A stretch of 38,651 bases of DNA from an archaeon (lineage in GTDB: Archaea > Nanobdellota > Nanobdellia > Pacearchaeales > GW2011-AR1): positions 1 to 38,651 of the forward strand of contig JAZDPV010000007.1 of the NCBI GenBank assembly GCA_043797265.1, written 5' to 3'. The notes below the pieces were generated by a model that saw only the letters and a list, made by a program, of their open reading frames with translations, was not told the DNA's origin and did not search any database. This document shows, piece by piece, positions 28,139 through 37,196 of this stretch. Each line of letters opens with the position of its first letter. Position 1 is the stretch's first letter. The position numbers were made by a program, and so were the translations under genes.

Positions 28139-28435
28139 ATGAAACTAACAAATAAAAAAATAATTCGGGAGATTGAAAGGAGAAGAGATGAGTTAAGGGC
28201 TAAGGGCGTTAGAAAAGTTGGGTTGTTTGGTTCGTATTTGAAGGGGTCTCAAAAAAAGGGTAGTGATATTGATTTGTTGATTACTTTTGAAAAAGAAAAT
28301 TTAGGGAAGAATTATTTTGAAGTTTTATTTTATTTGGAAAATTTGTTTAAAAGGAAGATTGATTTGGTTGCGACCCAATCTTTAAGACCTGAATTAAATT
28401 ATGTAAGGGAGAAGGCTATTTATGTCAAAATATGA
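28139..28435 (+). CDS. MNT nucleotidyltransferase antitoxin
   Basis: LFGSYLKGSQKKGSDIDLL; close paralog of 26735..27034. Confidence 0.92.
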   Translation: MKLTNKKIIREIERRRDELRAKGVRKVGLFGSYLKGSQKKGSDIDLLITFEKENLGKNYFEVLFYLENLFKRKIDLVATQSLRPELNYVREKAIYVKI

Positions 28436-28742
28436 TCTTTATTTAAATTTGATTAGAGATATGATTCAAAGAGTTGAGGGAGATTCGAATAAATCCTTGG
28501 AAGATAAAACTGTTTGGGACGCTATGCTTATGAGGTTTCAAGTTATAGGTGAAAATATTGATAAGTTGCCAATTGAGATTAAGAAAAAACATAGTGAGAT
28601 TAATTGGAAAAAATTTTATGCTTATAGAAATTCGATAAGTCATTCATATAATAAAATATTAGTAGAAGTAATTATGGAATTAATTAATGAGTTGCCTGCA
28701 TTAAAGAAAGCTATTGTTAAAATGAGAGAGGAATTAAAGTGA
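28422..28742 (+). CDS. HEPN (DUF86) toxin
   Basis: Motifs FQVIGE and RNSISHSY. Confidence 0.9.
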   Translation: MSKYDLYLNLIRDMIQRVEGDSNKSLEDKTVWDAMLMRFQVIGENIDKLPIEIKKKHSEINWKKFYAYRNSISHSYNKILVEVIMELINELPALKKAIVKMREELK

Positions 28743-30508
28743 ATAAAAAAATAGTTTTAATGTTTGTTTGTTTGTTTTGTTTGGCTGAGGTTCTTGCGGC
28801 GACTGCGACTTCAGATGCGAGTTTTTGTTGCGAGAAAACTGTCGATGGGGTTTGGTGCATTAATGATGAGGAAGCGAATTGCGATAGTTCTTATAAGGTT
28901 GCGCCGACTTCGTGCGAGACGACTTCGTATTGCAGGTTGGGGACGTGTTATGAGTCGGAGGAGGGGATTTGCATGGAGAATACGCCGCAGAGAGTTTGCA
29001 ATGATTATGGCGGGACTTGGGATGCGAGGGATATTAGCGAGGTTCCGCAGTGCCAGTTGGGGTGTTGCATAATTGCCGATCAGGCGGCGCTTGTTCCGTT
29101 GGTCAGGTGCAAGAGGTTGTCGACGTTGTTTGGAGTGAGTAATGATTATCGGTCTGGAATAACTGACGAGATTTCTTGTATCGCGACGGCGCAGGCGCAG
29201 GATGTCGGGGCTTGTGTTTATGAAAAAGAATTTGACAGAGTTTGTGAGTTTACAACGCGAGGTGATTGTGGTGCGGGAGAGAGAGTTGAGATTGTGAATG
29301 GGAGCAGTGTTGCGTTGTCGAGCGAGAGAACTTTTTACAAGGATTTTCTTTGTTCGGCTGAGGAGTTGAATACGGCTTGCGCGAAACAGACTTCGACGAC
29401 TTGTTACAAAGGTGATGTTTATTGGGTTGATTCTTGCGGGAACAGGGAAAATATTTATTCTGGCGACAAGGTGAAAAGTTGGAATGCGGGAAAAGTTTTG
29501 GATGAGGATAGTGTTTGCAAGGCGAATGATGGTTCGGCTATTGATTGCGGGAATTGTGATTATCTGCTGGGGTCGAGATGTTCGGAGTGGGATGGGTATG
29601 TTGGCGGGCCGAAATTTGGAGATAATTATTGCCGGAGGACTGAGTGTGTTGATAGAGATGGAGACAAGAGAGTGAATGGAGAGTCGTGGTGTGTTTATGA
29701 TAGCATCGTCGGGAATGGCAGGGATATGGTTGGTTCGAGATATTTCAGGGAAGTTTGTGTTGATGGGGAGGTTCATGTCGAGCCGTGTGAAGATTTTAGG
29801 AATGAGGTTTGTCTTGAGGATTCGATAGAGACGAGCGCTGGCGAGTTTGGGACGGCGGCGTGCCGAGTTAATCGATGGCAGAATTGCGTTCTTCAAATTG
29901 AAGAGGATGATTGTTTAAATATCGACAGGAGGGATTGTATTTGGGTTTCATCCGTGACTGGAATGATTATTGGGGGCGGGACGCAGAGCGGGGTGTTTAC
30001 TAACCCGAGTGGCGCGACTGCTTTTAATAATCCGACGGCGAGTGGTGGATTTGGAACGGGGAATGTTGTGGCGCCTATAACTGGGGAAGGAATTTTTGGA
30101 GGAGAAGAGGAAGAGAAGATTGAGGAAAGTGTTAGCAATAGGCCCGGTGGTGTTTGTGTCCCGAATTTTCCGCCGGGATTGAAATTTTGGGATGAGGCGG
30201 CTCAGCAGGACTGTGGGATTGCGAATGCGAAATGCGTTGTTGTTTATGAGAAGGGATTGATTGGGGGGAGGAAGTGTGTCGAGGGGTGTGATTGCTTGGA
30301 TGAGTCGTGGGCGTTGAGTGCGAATCGTGTTTGCACTGCTCTTGGAGATTGTGGTGGTTATGTAAATTATAATAGCAAATATACCGACGATGGTTATGCG
30401 TGGAAAGTTGACGGGGTCAAGAGTAAGTTTGCGCCGAACAGTGTTAATATTATTAGTGGCGGGTTTACAGGGAGAGTTGTTGAGATAGTTGAAGAGATTT
30501 TGGGGTAG
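28739..30508 (+). CDS. Secreted Cys-rich protein, paralog of the N-terminal half of 23020..26700
   Basis: Shared motifs VY.VDSCGN..N.Y, CGNC, NGESWCVYD..G.G.D.VGSR, EPC.D.RN..C and C..LGDCGG..N. GTG start overlaps the HEPN stop. Confidence 0.85.
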   Translation: MNKKIVLMFVCLFCLAEVLAATATSDASFCCEKTVDGVWCINDEEANCDSSYKVAPTSCETTSYCRLGTCYESEEGICMENTPQRVCNDYGGTWDARDISEVPQCQLGCCIIADQAALVPLVRCKRLSTLFGVSNDYRSGITDEISCIATAQAQDVGACVYEKEFDRVCEFTTRGDCGAGERVEIVNGSSVALSSERTFYKDFLCSAEELNTACAKQTSTTCYKGDVYWVDSCGNRENIYSGDKVKSWNAGKVLDEDSVCKANDGSAIDCGNCDYLLGSRCSEWDGYVGGPKFGDNYCRRTECVDRDGDKRVNGESWCVYDSIVGNGRDMVGSRYFREVCVDGEVHVEPCEDFRNEVCLEDSIETSAGEFGTAACRVNRWQNCVLQIEEDDCLNIDRRDCIWVSSVTGMIIGGGTQSGVFTNPSGATAFNNPTASGGFGTGNVVAPITGEGIFGGEEEEKIEESVSNRPGGVCVPNFPPGLKFWDEAAQQDCGIANAKCVVVYEKGLIGGRKCVEGCDCLDESWALSANRVCTALGDCGGYVNYNSKYTDDGYAWKVDGVKSKFAPNSVNIISGGFTGRVVEIVEEILG

Positions 30509-30637
30509 GGATTTGAATTTGGGCTTTCAGTGAGTGGGAAGAATTATTTATCTTGGTGGATAGTTGATTGGTAGTTTGTTTGGGATGAGTGAAGTGAATA
30601 CGAGGCGTTGTCAGCGTCGCTGGCGGGCGGGTTTGGA
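30509..30637 (+). pseudogene. Degenerate fragment of the 33020..35218 gene
   Basis: 29-bp exact match of 30608-30636 to 33554-33582, with degenerate similarity upstream (GTTGATTGGT.GTTTGTTTGG.ATGAGTGA.G). Confidence 0.85.
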
Positions 30638-30715
30638 TAGGGGTTATAATTTCACTACTAATTGTGCGTAATTTTTTGAAGAAATATTTATATAGTTTGA
30701 AGTGATAGAGTGTTT

Positions 30716-30883
30716 ATGGATAAACTTGAAATTGTTGCCTCAAATGAAACCTTAGGAATAGAGATGGATGCCGACGAGAGAAAGTATCTAGCTACTGTTT
30801 CACCAGTAGAAGATTCTTGTTTCTCTTGTAATATAGAACCATGTAGAGCTTGTTATGGGCCCCTTAATTATTCTTTAGATTAG
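30716..30883 (+). CDS. Putative RiPP precursor peptide, 55 aa, Cys-rich core (absent from the ORF track)
   Basis: MDKLEIVASNETLGIEMDADERKYLATVSPVEDSCFSCNIEPCRACYGPLNYSLD*. TTTATATA at 30687-30694 lies 21 nt before the ATG, the same spacing as other leaderless genes here; ends 9 nt before the rSAM gene. Confidence 0.8.
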   Translation: MDKLEIVASNETLGIEMDADERKYLATVSPVEDSCFSCNIEPCRACYGPLNYSLD

Positions 30884-30892
30884 AATTGGCAA

Positions 30893-31933
30893 ATGATAAA
30901 AAAACACCGAAACAAAGATAGAGGGTTTTATATCCAATGGGATTCCACTAATGATTGTAATTTATCTTGTTCTCATTGCTATCATAATTTTGGGAAAATT
31001 AAAGATAAATCTAAACAAAGTAAAACAATGACATTAGAAGAGATTGTATACATGTTAGATGATTTAAATCAGACTTGTGACAGGTGGAATTTTAATCCTA
31101 TTTTTAATATTTCTGGAGGTGAGTGTTTACTTAGGCCAGATTTATTTAAAATAATTAATTATTCTATTTCTAGAGGGATCGAAACCAGATTAATGACAAA
31201 TGGGACATTACTTGATATTGAAAAAGCTAATGAATTAAAAAGATTAGGCGTTCTTAGTGTCCAAATTTCAATTGATGGGGACAAAGAAACTCATAATAGA
31301 GTTCGAGGAAGAAATTGGGCTTATAATAAAGCAATGGAAGGTATTGGAAATTGCTATATTGCTGGACTTCATGTGACTGTTTCAACTACTTTAATGAAAC
31401 AAAATGCGTCTCAAATAAAGTTTGTTGTTACAGAAGCAATAAAAAATAGGGCTAGTGGCGTCGGGTTTCAGACTTTAGTCCCCAACCCATTACTTGGAGC
31501 CAATGACCCCGAATTTTTAAATTGTTTTGAAATAAAAAAAGCCTATGAAGAAATTGACAAATTAAGAGAAATATATAAAGGCAAAATTCAGGTTTACACA
31601 AGTGAAATTTTATGGCATTTATTTAGAAACAAAACAAATACGCAATCAAGTTATCAAGGAGGTTGCAGTGCCGGATTCGGCGGGCTTTCTGTTCTTGCTG
31701 ATGGAACAGTTTATGCGTGTAGAAGACTTCCTATATCAGTAGGCCACATTACCGAAGGGATAATTAATCTTGTTACCAAAAAACCTTTAATGAAAGAATT
31801 AAGAGATAATAGAAAGAAGCAAAGAACCTATTGCTCTGACGCTCCTTATTGTGGCGGATGTAGAGCTATCGCTTATGCCACCACTGGGGATTATTTAAAT
31901 AAAGATCCTACTTGTTTCAAACATTTAATATGA
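30893..31933 (+). CDS. Radical SAM/SPASM domain peptide maturase
   Basis: Motifs CNLSCSHC, SGGE, TNG and QISIDG; SPASM region GGCSAG...DGTVYAC...C-x5-CGGCRA.AY...GD....DP.C. Confidence 0.93.
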   Translation: MIKKHRNKDRGFYIQWDSTNDCNLSCSHCYHNFGKIKDKSKQSKTMTLEEIVYMLDDLNQTCDRWNFNPIFNISGGECLLRPDLFKIINYSISRGIETRLMTNGTLLDIEKANELKRLGVLSVQISIDGDKETHNRVRGRNWAYNKAMEGIGNCYIAGLHVTVSTTLMKQNASQIKFVVTEAIKNRASGVGFQTLVPNPLLGANDPEFLNCFEIKKAYEEIDKLREIYKGKIQVYTSEILWHLFRNKTNTQSSYQGGCSAGFGGLSVLADGTVYACRRLPISVGHITEGIINLVTKKPLMKELRDNRKKQRTYCSDAPYCGGCRAIAYATTGDYLNKDPTCFKHLI

Positions 31934-32460
31934 TAAATACAATAAAAGAGAAAGTAAACATAATGAAAAAAGTGGGCCCAGTTTCAGAGGTATTTGATAT
32001 TGGATGTGGAGATGGTTTTATGTCTAAATATTTTTTAGAATTAGGTTCAAGGGTTACTGGCATAGATTCTATAAACAAACCTCTAATAAAAAATAAAAAC
32101 TTTAAATTTTTAGACAAAGATATTAGAGATTATAAATTTATAAAAAAATTTGATTTGAATATTTGTTCCCTTTTTCTTCATTTTTTTACAAAGGAAGGTG
32201 CAAATTATTTGCTTAAGAAAATAAAAGAAAACACAAAATCTGGTGGCTATAATTTGTTAATTTGTATGACCAATAAGGATAATTTTTCTAAATATAAGCC
32301 TACTAATTTTTACCCTAGTTCTTCAGATCTAATTAAATTATATTCTGATTGGAATTTAATTAGTATTGTCTCGGGCGAAACCGAAAAAGAAAATCATGGT
32401 AATCTCGGAGAACATTATCATAATTTAGTTTTTGCACTATTCCAAAAGAATATTAATTGA
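31930..32460 (+). CDS. Class I SAM-dependent methyltransferase (TehB-like)
   Basis: Motifs DIGCGDG, VTGID, FDL and SGGYNL; ATGA overlap with the rSAM stop. Confidence 0.9.
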   Translation: MINTIKEKVNIMKKVGPVSEVFDIGCGDGFMSKYFLELGSRVTGIDSINKPLIKNKNFKFLDKDIRDYKFIKKFDLNICSLFLHFFTKEGANYLLKKIKENTKSGGYNLLICMTNKDNFSKYKPTNFYPSSSDLIKLYSDWNLISIVSGETEKENHGNLGEHYHNLVFALFQKNIN

Positions 32461-32527
32461 TTAAAATACTCATTATATAATAACGACAAAACAAAAAGTT
32501 TATAAAGTTTGGAGTTGTTTATTTGTT

Positions 32528-32932
32528 ATGAGAAACGCGAGAAAGTTAGGGCTTGTCGGACGGGTTATTCTTGGAGTTGGGGCTGTGGGCGGAATGGTTT
32601 CGACGAGTGGATGTGATGCTGTCGTCGGTGGTTATGTAGGGGCTAAGGTTGCGGAAAAAACTGAAGCGAAAAGAGAGGCGCCTAATACCGAAGAGATAAG
32701 AGGGCCAGAAGTTCCTTACGACGTTAACTTCCTTGCTTATTATAGAATACAGGATTTGAAGACAGGTGAGGTTGAGATTGTTGAATCTAAAAAGTATTAT
32801 GGAGCATTGGCAGATTGGGAGAATAGTATATCTTCACAATATGAAAGAAAATACCCTGAAGGATATAAGATGGAAATAATTAAAGAAGGAAGACTCGCTA
32901 CAACAATTTTTTGGACTCCAAATAAAAATTAA
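32528..32932 (+). CDS. Putative lipoprotein/secreted hypothetical protein
   Basis: Basic N-terminus, hydrophobic stretch and TSGC lipobox-like motif; own TATA box at 32499-32506. Confidence 0.7.
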   Translation: MRNARKLGLVGRVILGVGAVGGMVSTSGCDAVVGGYVGAKVAEKTEAKREAPNTEEIRGPEVPYDVNFLAYYRIQDLKTGEVEIVESKKYYGALADWENSISSQYERKYPEGYKMEIIKEGRLATTIFWTPNKN

Positions 32933-33019
32933 AGTTTATGATTCTCAATCATGATCGCTGATTGTGTTATTATCTTTCTAAAGACAAGAATTTATAAATA
33001 ATAGATGATTGTTTTGTTT

Positions 33020-35218
33020 ATGAAAAAAGGGTATATAGGTTTTAATAAAAAAATTCAGGTTTGTTTTCAATTAACGTTACTCCTCACGTCGCTATTTGCA
33101 TTTTCTTTTTTAGTTGGCTCTATTGGGTTTGTTGAAGCTGAAACTATTTCGAATTTAAATGTTCCTGGAGGTGTTAGTAGCGGGGCTCTCCCCGCTGGTA
33201 CTGAATTAACAGTTACAGAAGCTATAGAAGGGACTAGTTTTACTTCTGCGGGAGGAAGCAATATAATTATTTCTAAAGCTAGTGATTTGAAAATTTTTGA
33301 AACATCTAAAGGCGGGGTCGCGATTTATGATGGTAATTCCTATGAATTAACCGAATCTCAAATGAAATCTTTTTTGGATTCCGGTGCTGCGACGAGACCT
33401 GAGGGTTCTTCTGCTACGTCGAGGCTTTTGGGTTTTAGTAAGGGAACTGGTTTGGATGCTATTGCTTCCGGACTTCAATGGGCGGGGATTGCGTATATGG
33501 CGGGGATGTTGATTGGTGGTTTGTTTGGAATGAGTGAGGGGAATACTAAGGCTTTGTCAGCGTCGCTGGCGGGCGGGTTTGGTTCGTATAAAGCGTTGAG
33601 TGTTTGGAAGACCGGTGGGCATAATATTCCTTATTTGAGTAAGATTCCGGCTTTGTCTGGGATTGTGATTGGTGCGGTTATTTTTCTTGTGATGTATAAA
33701 ACAACTGATGTTGAGGTTGTGACTTTTGATTGCTTGGCGTGGCAGGCGCCGACGGGTGGGAATGATTGCGAGATTTGTAATGATGATACGCTTCCTTGTT
33801 CGGAATATAGGTGCAAGGCGTTGGGGCAGAATTGTGAGATTGTGAATGCGGGAACTAGCGAGGAGAGATGCGTGAATATTAATCCGAGGGATGTCGTGCC
33901 GCCGGTTGTTCGTCCGTGGGTTGAGGCGTTGAGTGCCGGGCATAATTATGTTAATGTTCGGGCTTCGCCGCCCGGGCCTGGGTTTGGGATTGTGAATTTG
34001 AATTCGAGTGATGGATGCTTGAAAGCGTTTACGCCGTTGGAGTTTGGGTTGGTTGCCGACGAGCCGGCGCAATGCAAGATTGATTTTGAACATACTGAAA
34101 GTTTTGATGAAATGAGTGCTTATGTCGGTGGGAGTAATTTGTTTGCTTATAATCATACCGAGAGATTTTCGCTGCCGAGCGCTGAGGCGATTAAGAACTC
34201 GTCGCTGGTTTTAGAGAACGGGAAGGACTTGACTTTTTTTATCAGGTGCCAGGATAAGAACGGGAATGCGAACGAGGCGGAGTATGCGGTGAAGTTGTGT
34301 GTTGACCCGACGCCGGACAACACCGCGCCAAAGATTGAAGCGACTTCTGTTGTTAATGGCGGGTGTGTCGCTGAAAATGTGAATAGCGCCGGGGTTGAGT
34401 TTTACACGAATGAGCCGGCGGATTGCAGATGGAGTTTTGATGACCAAGATTATGATAACATGGTGAATGGGATGAGTTGTTCGGGGGCGTTGTATCAGGC
34501 GAACGCGGCGCAGTTATTTACTTGTGTTGCTAACTTGACTGGAATATCGAGGATTGAGAGTAAATATTATGTGAGATGTAAGGACCAGCCAGGGAAAGAT
34601 GAGGTGAATAGAAATGAGATGAAGCAGAGTTTTGAATTTAGTTTGATTGGTAGCACCGGGTTGAAGATGAAGAACTTGAGACCGAACGAGACGATATTTG
34701 GAGGAGTTAGCCCGACGCCGGTTGAGTTGTATGTCGAAACTTTGTTTGGTTGTAATAATGGGCGGGCGGTTTGCCAGTATTCGTCGAGCGGAGATAATGA
34801 TGATTATATTGTGTTTTATGATACTGATAATATTGATGGGATTAGCACGCAGAAGTTGAGTTTGACTGCCGGGAGACAGGAGTATTTTGTGAAGTGCGTT
34901 GATGAAGGCGGGAACTTAGTTGAGGATAAAGTTGTTTTTGATTTAGAGATTGACACGAGCGCGCCGGTTGTTGCGAGAATTTACGAGGAGGATCAGATGC
35001 TGAAGATTGTGACGGTTCGGAATAGTGAGTGTGCTTATAGTTTGGATAATTGCGATTTTAGTTTTGCCGAGGGGACCGTGATGCCTTACGCGAATTCGAC
35101 GGTGCATGTTGCGGAGTGGAATGAGCAGAAGACTTATTATATTAAGTGCCGGGACGAGTTTAGAAATGAGGACGCTGGATGTTCGGTTGTAGTAAAGCCG
35201 AGTAGAAATTTTTTATGA
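33020..35218 (+). CDS. Cys-rich surface protein, paralog of the C-terminal half of 23020..26700
   Basis: Signal peptide, Gly-rich hydrophobic helices, then V.FDC..W.AP.GG.DC..CN...PCSEYRC..LG..CE..N and Ig-like repeats. TATA box at 32990-32997 supports start 33020. Confidence 0.85.
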   Translation: MKKGYIGFNKKIQVCFQLTLLLTSLFAFSFLVGSIGFVEAETISNLNVPGGVSSGALPAGTELTVTEAIEGTSFTSAGGSNIIISKASDLKIFETSKGGVAIYDGNSYELTESQMKSFLDSGAATRPEGSSATSRLLGFSKGTGLDAIASGLQWAGIAYMAGMLIGGLFGMSEGNTKALSASLAGGFGSYKALSVWKTGGHNIPYLSKIPALSGIVIGAVIFLVMYKTTDVEVVTFDCLAWQAPTGGNDCEICNDDTLPCSEYRCKALGQNCEIVNAGTSEERCVNINPRDVVPPVVRPWVEALSAGHNYVNVRASPPGPGFGIVNLNSSDGCLKAFTPLEFGLVADEPAQCKIDFEHTESFDEMSAYVGGSNLFAYNHTERFSLPSAEAIKNSSLVLENGKDLTFFIRCQDKNGNANEAEYAVKLCVDPTPDNTAPKIEATSVVNGGCVAENVNSAGVEFYTNEPADCRWSFDDQDYDNMVNGMSCSGALYQANAAQLFTCVANLTGISRIESKYYVRCKDQPGKDEVNRNEMKQSFEFSLIGSTGLKMKNLRPNETIFGGVSPTPVELYVETLFGCNNGRAVCQYSSSGDNDDYIVFYDTDNIDGISTQKLSLTAGRQEYFVKCVDEGGNLVEDKVVFDLEIDTSAPVVARIYEEDQMLKIVTVRNSECAYSLDNCDFSFAEGTVMPYANSTVHVAEWNEQKTYYIKCRDEFRNEDAGCSVVVKPSRNFL

Positions 35219-35256
35219 TTAAGTAAGTTTATAAATTTTGATTGGTGTTGTTTTTT

Positions 35257-35760
35257 ATGAGAGTAAATAAAAAGGGGCAGCACATAATGGGGATGCCGTT
35301 TGAAATTATTTTTGCGATTTTTTTGATTGTTGTTTTTGTCGTGATTGCATTTATCGCGGTCGGGTATTTTTTAGATATCGGGCGGAGTTCGAGTGTCGGG
35401 ATGTTTTATCGGGATTTTCAAGCGGTTGTTGATGACGCGATGAGGGGGCAGTTTGAAGAAAGTTCTTTTGAGATTGATTTACCGTCGGAGATTAAGGAAG
35501 TTTGTTTTGCGAATCTTTCGGCTGAAATTACAAATCCGGGGGCAGAGTATGAGGCGATTAAGAATTATGATGTTTATGAGGCGAATGTTTTTTTGGTGCC
35601 GCCGGAGTATGCGCAGAACATGCAATGGAAGTTGATTGATAGGATTAATGTTTCGAAGATTACTCAGAATAAAAATCCTTATTGTGTTGATGCTGATGGG
35701 GAGATTGTGATTAAGAAAGGATTTTATGATAAATATGTTCAAATAGAAGGTAGAGGGTAG
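35257..35760 (+). CDS. Pilin-like protein, class III signal peptide
   Basis: MRVNKKG/QHIMGMPFEIIFAIFLIVV; TATA box at 35228-35235. Confidence 0.78.
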   Translation: MRVNKKGQHIMGMPFEIIFAIFLIVVFVVIAFIAVGYFLDIGRSSSVGMFYRDFQAVVDDAMRGQFEESSFEIDLPSEIKEVCFANLSAEITNPGAEYEAIKNYDVYEANVFLVPPEYAQNMQWKLIDRINVSKITQNKNPYCVDADGEIVIKKGFYDKYVQIEGRG

Positions 35761-36699
35761 ATGGTAGGAGGTAGAAAACATGGGCAGTTTAATTTTGTGT
35801 GGTTGTTCGCGATTGTGGCTGGCGGTGCGATTTTGTTTTTGGCAATTTATGGGGTGTTGAGGTTTGGCGATACGGCAAGATTTCAGAGTGATACCGAGGC
35901 TGCGAAAAGTATTGCAATAATTACCGACCCATTGCAAGCAGGTTTTGCCGAGGGTAAGTTTGGGAGAATTTCGTTTCAGCAAGAGAGTCGGATAAATAAT
36001 ATTTGTTTTGATGATGGGTTTGGGAAGAATGATATTTCTGTGGCGACGCGGTCTGATATTGGCGAGGAGTGGAATTTGCCGGGGGGTGCGAGTTCGATTC
36101 ATAATAAATATATTTTCTCGTCGGGAAAAAGTTCTGGGTTGGATTATTATGTTTTTTCGAAGCCGTTTAATTTCCCGTATGAAGTTTCTGATTTGATTTT
36201 TTTGACGCCTGAGCATTATTGTTTTGTTAATGCACCGGATAATTTGCTTGGGTTGAGCGTTCCGAATATTGAGATGGGTAATTGTAGTTTTGCCGATGGC
36301 GTTAGAGTTTGTTTTGGTTTTGGGGATGATTGTGATGTGATGGTTTATGGTTCGTGTTCGAGCGGGTGTGATTCTGTTTATGACGAGGGCGTTGTGGTCA
36401 AGGGTGGGGTTGATATGAAGTATGTCGGGAGCTTGATGTATGGGGCGATTTTTTCGGACAAGGGAATTTATGATTGTAATGTTCGGCGATTGTTGTATCG
36501 GGCGGGTAAGATTGCTGAGGAGTTTGTTGACAAGGCGGATTTGATGGATGCGAGGAATTGCAATACGAATTTGAAGCCGGATCTTATTATCTGGGGCGCG
36601 ATGGTTGGGAATGCGAGTGTTGGCGATTTGTCGTCGTTGAGAACGATGGCTGATGTGATTGACAGGAAAAATGGCCGGGAAGGATGCGGAATATGGTGA
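35761..36699 (+). CDS. Pilin-like protein, class III signal peptide
   Basis: RKHG/QFNFVWLFAIVAGGAILFL. Confidence 0.75.
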   Translation: MVGGRKHGQFNFVWLFAIVAGGAILFLAIYGVLRFGDTARFQSDTEAAKSIAIITDPLQAGFAEGKFGRISFQQESRINNICFDDGFGKNDISVATRSDIGEEWNLPGGASSIHNKYIFSSGKSSGLDYYVFSKPFNFPYEVSDLIFLTPEHYCFVNAPDNLLGLSVPNIEMGNCSFADGVRVCFGFGDDCDVMVYGSCSSGCDSVYDEGVVVKGGVDMKYVGSLMYGAIFSDKGIYDCNVRRLLYRAGKIAEEFVDKADLMDARNCNTNLKPDLIIWGAMVGNASVGDLSSLRTMADVIDRKNGREGCGIW

Positions 36700-37196
36700 G
36701 GGGGCAGATGAAAATTCAGCAAATGGCGGTCATGATTGTGGCGGTGTTTTTCTTTTTTGTTTTGGTTGGACTGTTTTTTTTGGGAATTGTGTTCAAGGAT
36801 GTGAAGGGTAGTGCTGGGGATTTGCAGAGGGCGCAGGCGATTTCGTCGATGAGCGTGATTGCTGATATGCCTGAGTTGAATTATGATTCGAGTTGGTCGA
36901 TGAGTGTTGATGAGGATAAGTTGAGAATTATGTCTGGCGAGTTTGGGGATAGTTATGATTTGTTTTGGCCGGTTGCATCGGTTGGAGTGTATAAAGTTTA
37001 TCCGAGATTTGACGAGATTAGAAAATGCCCGGGAGTTGATTGTAATTATTATGAGATTTATTCGAATGGGCAGAAAGATGTGAAGACATATTCTGCTTAT
37101 GTTTCGATTTGTCGGAAAGTTCGGGAAAGTGGTTCGACTTATGATGACTGCGAGATTGGGAAGCTGGTTGTGGGCGTCTTGGGAGGTAGGGAGTAG
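36693..37196 (+). CDS. Pilin-like protein, class III signal peptide
   Basis: MVRG/QMKIQQMAVMIVAVFFFF; the start may be 36684. Confidence 0.78.
   Translation: MVRGQMKIQQMAVMIVAVFFFFVLVGLFFLGIVFKDVKGSAGDLQRAQAISSMSVIADMPELNYDSSWSMSVDEDKLRIMSGEFGDSYDLFWPVASVGVYKVYPRFDEIRKCPGVDCNYYEIYSNGQKDVKTYSAYVSICRKVRESGSTYDDCEIGKLVVGVLGGRE

Noticed and set aside
32528-32932. RiPP immunity or export gene
   Set aside because: It has its own promoter and no transporter or protease motifs; a link to the cassette cannot be supported from sequence alone.
30509-33583. DGR template/variable repeat pair or an IS/prophage
   Set aside because: Differences are not adenine-specific, and no reverse transcriptase, transposase, integrase or viral genes are visible.
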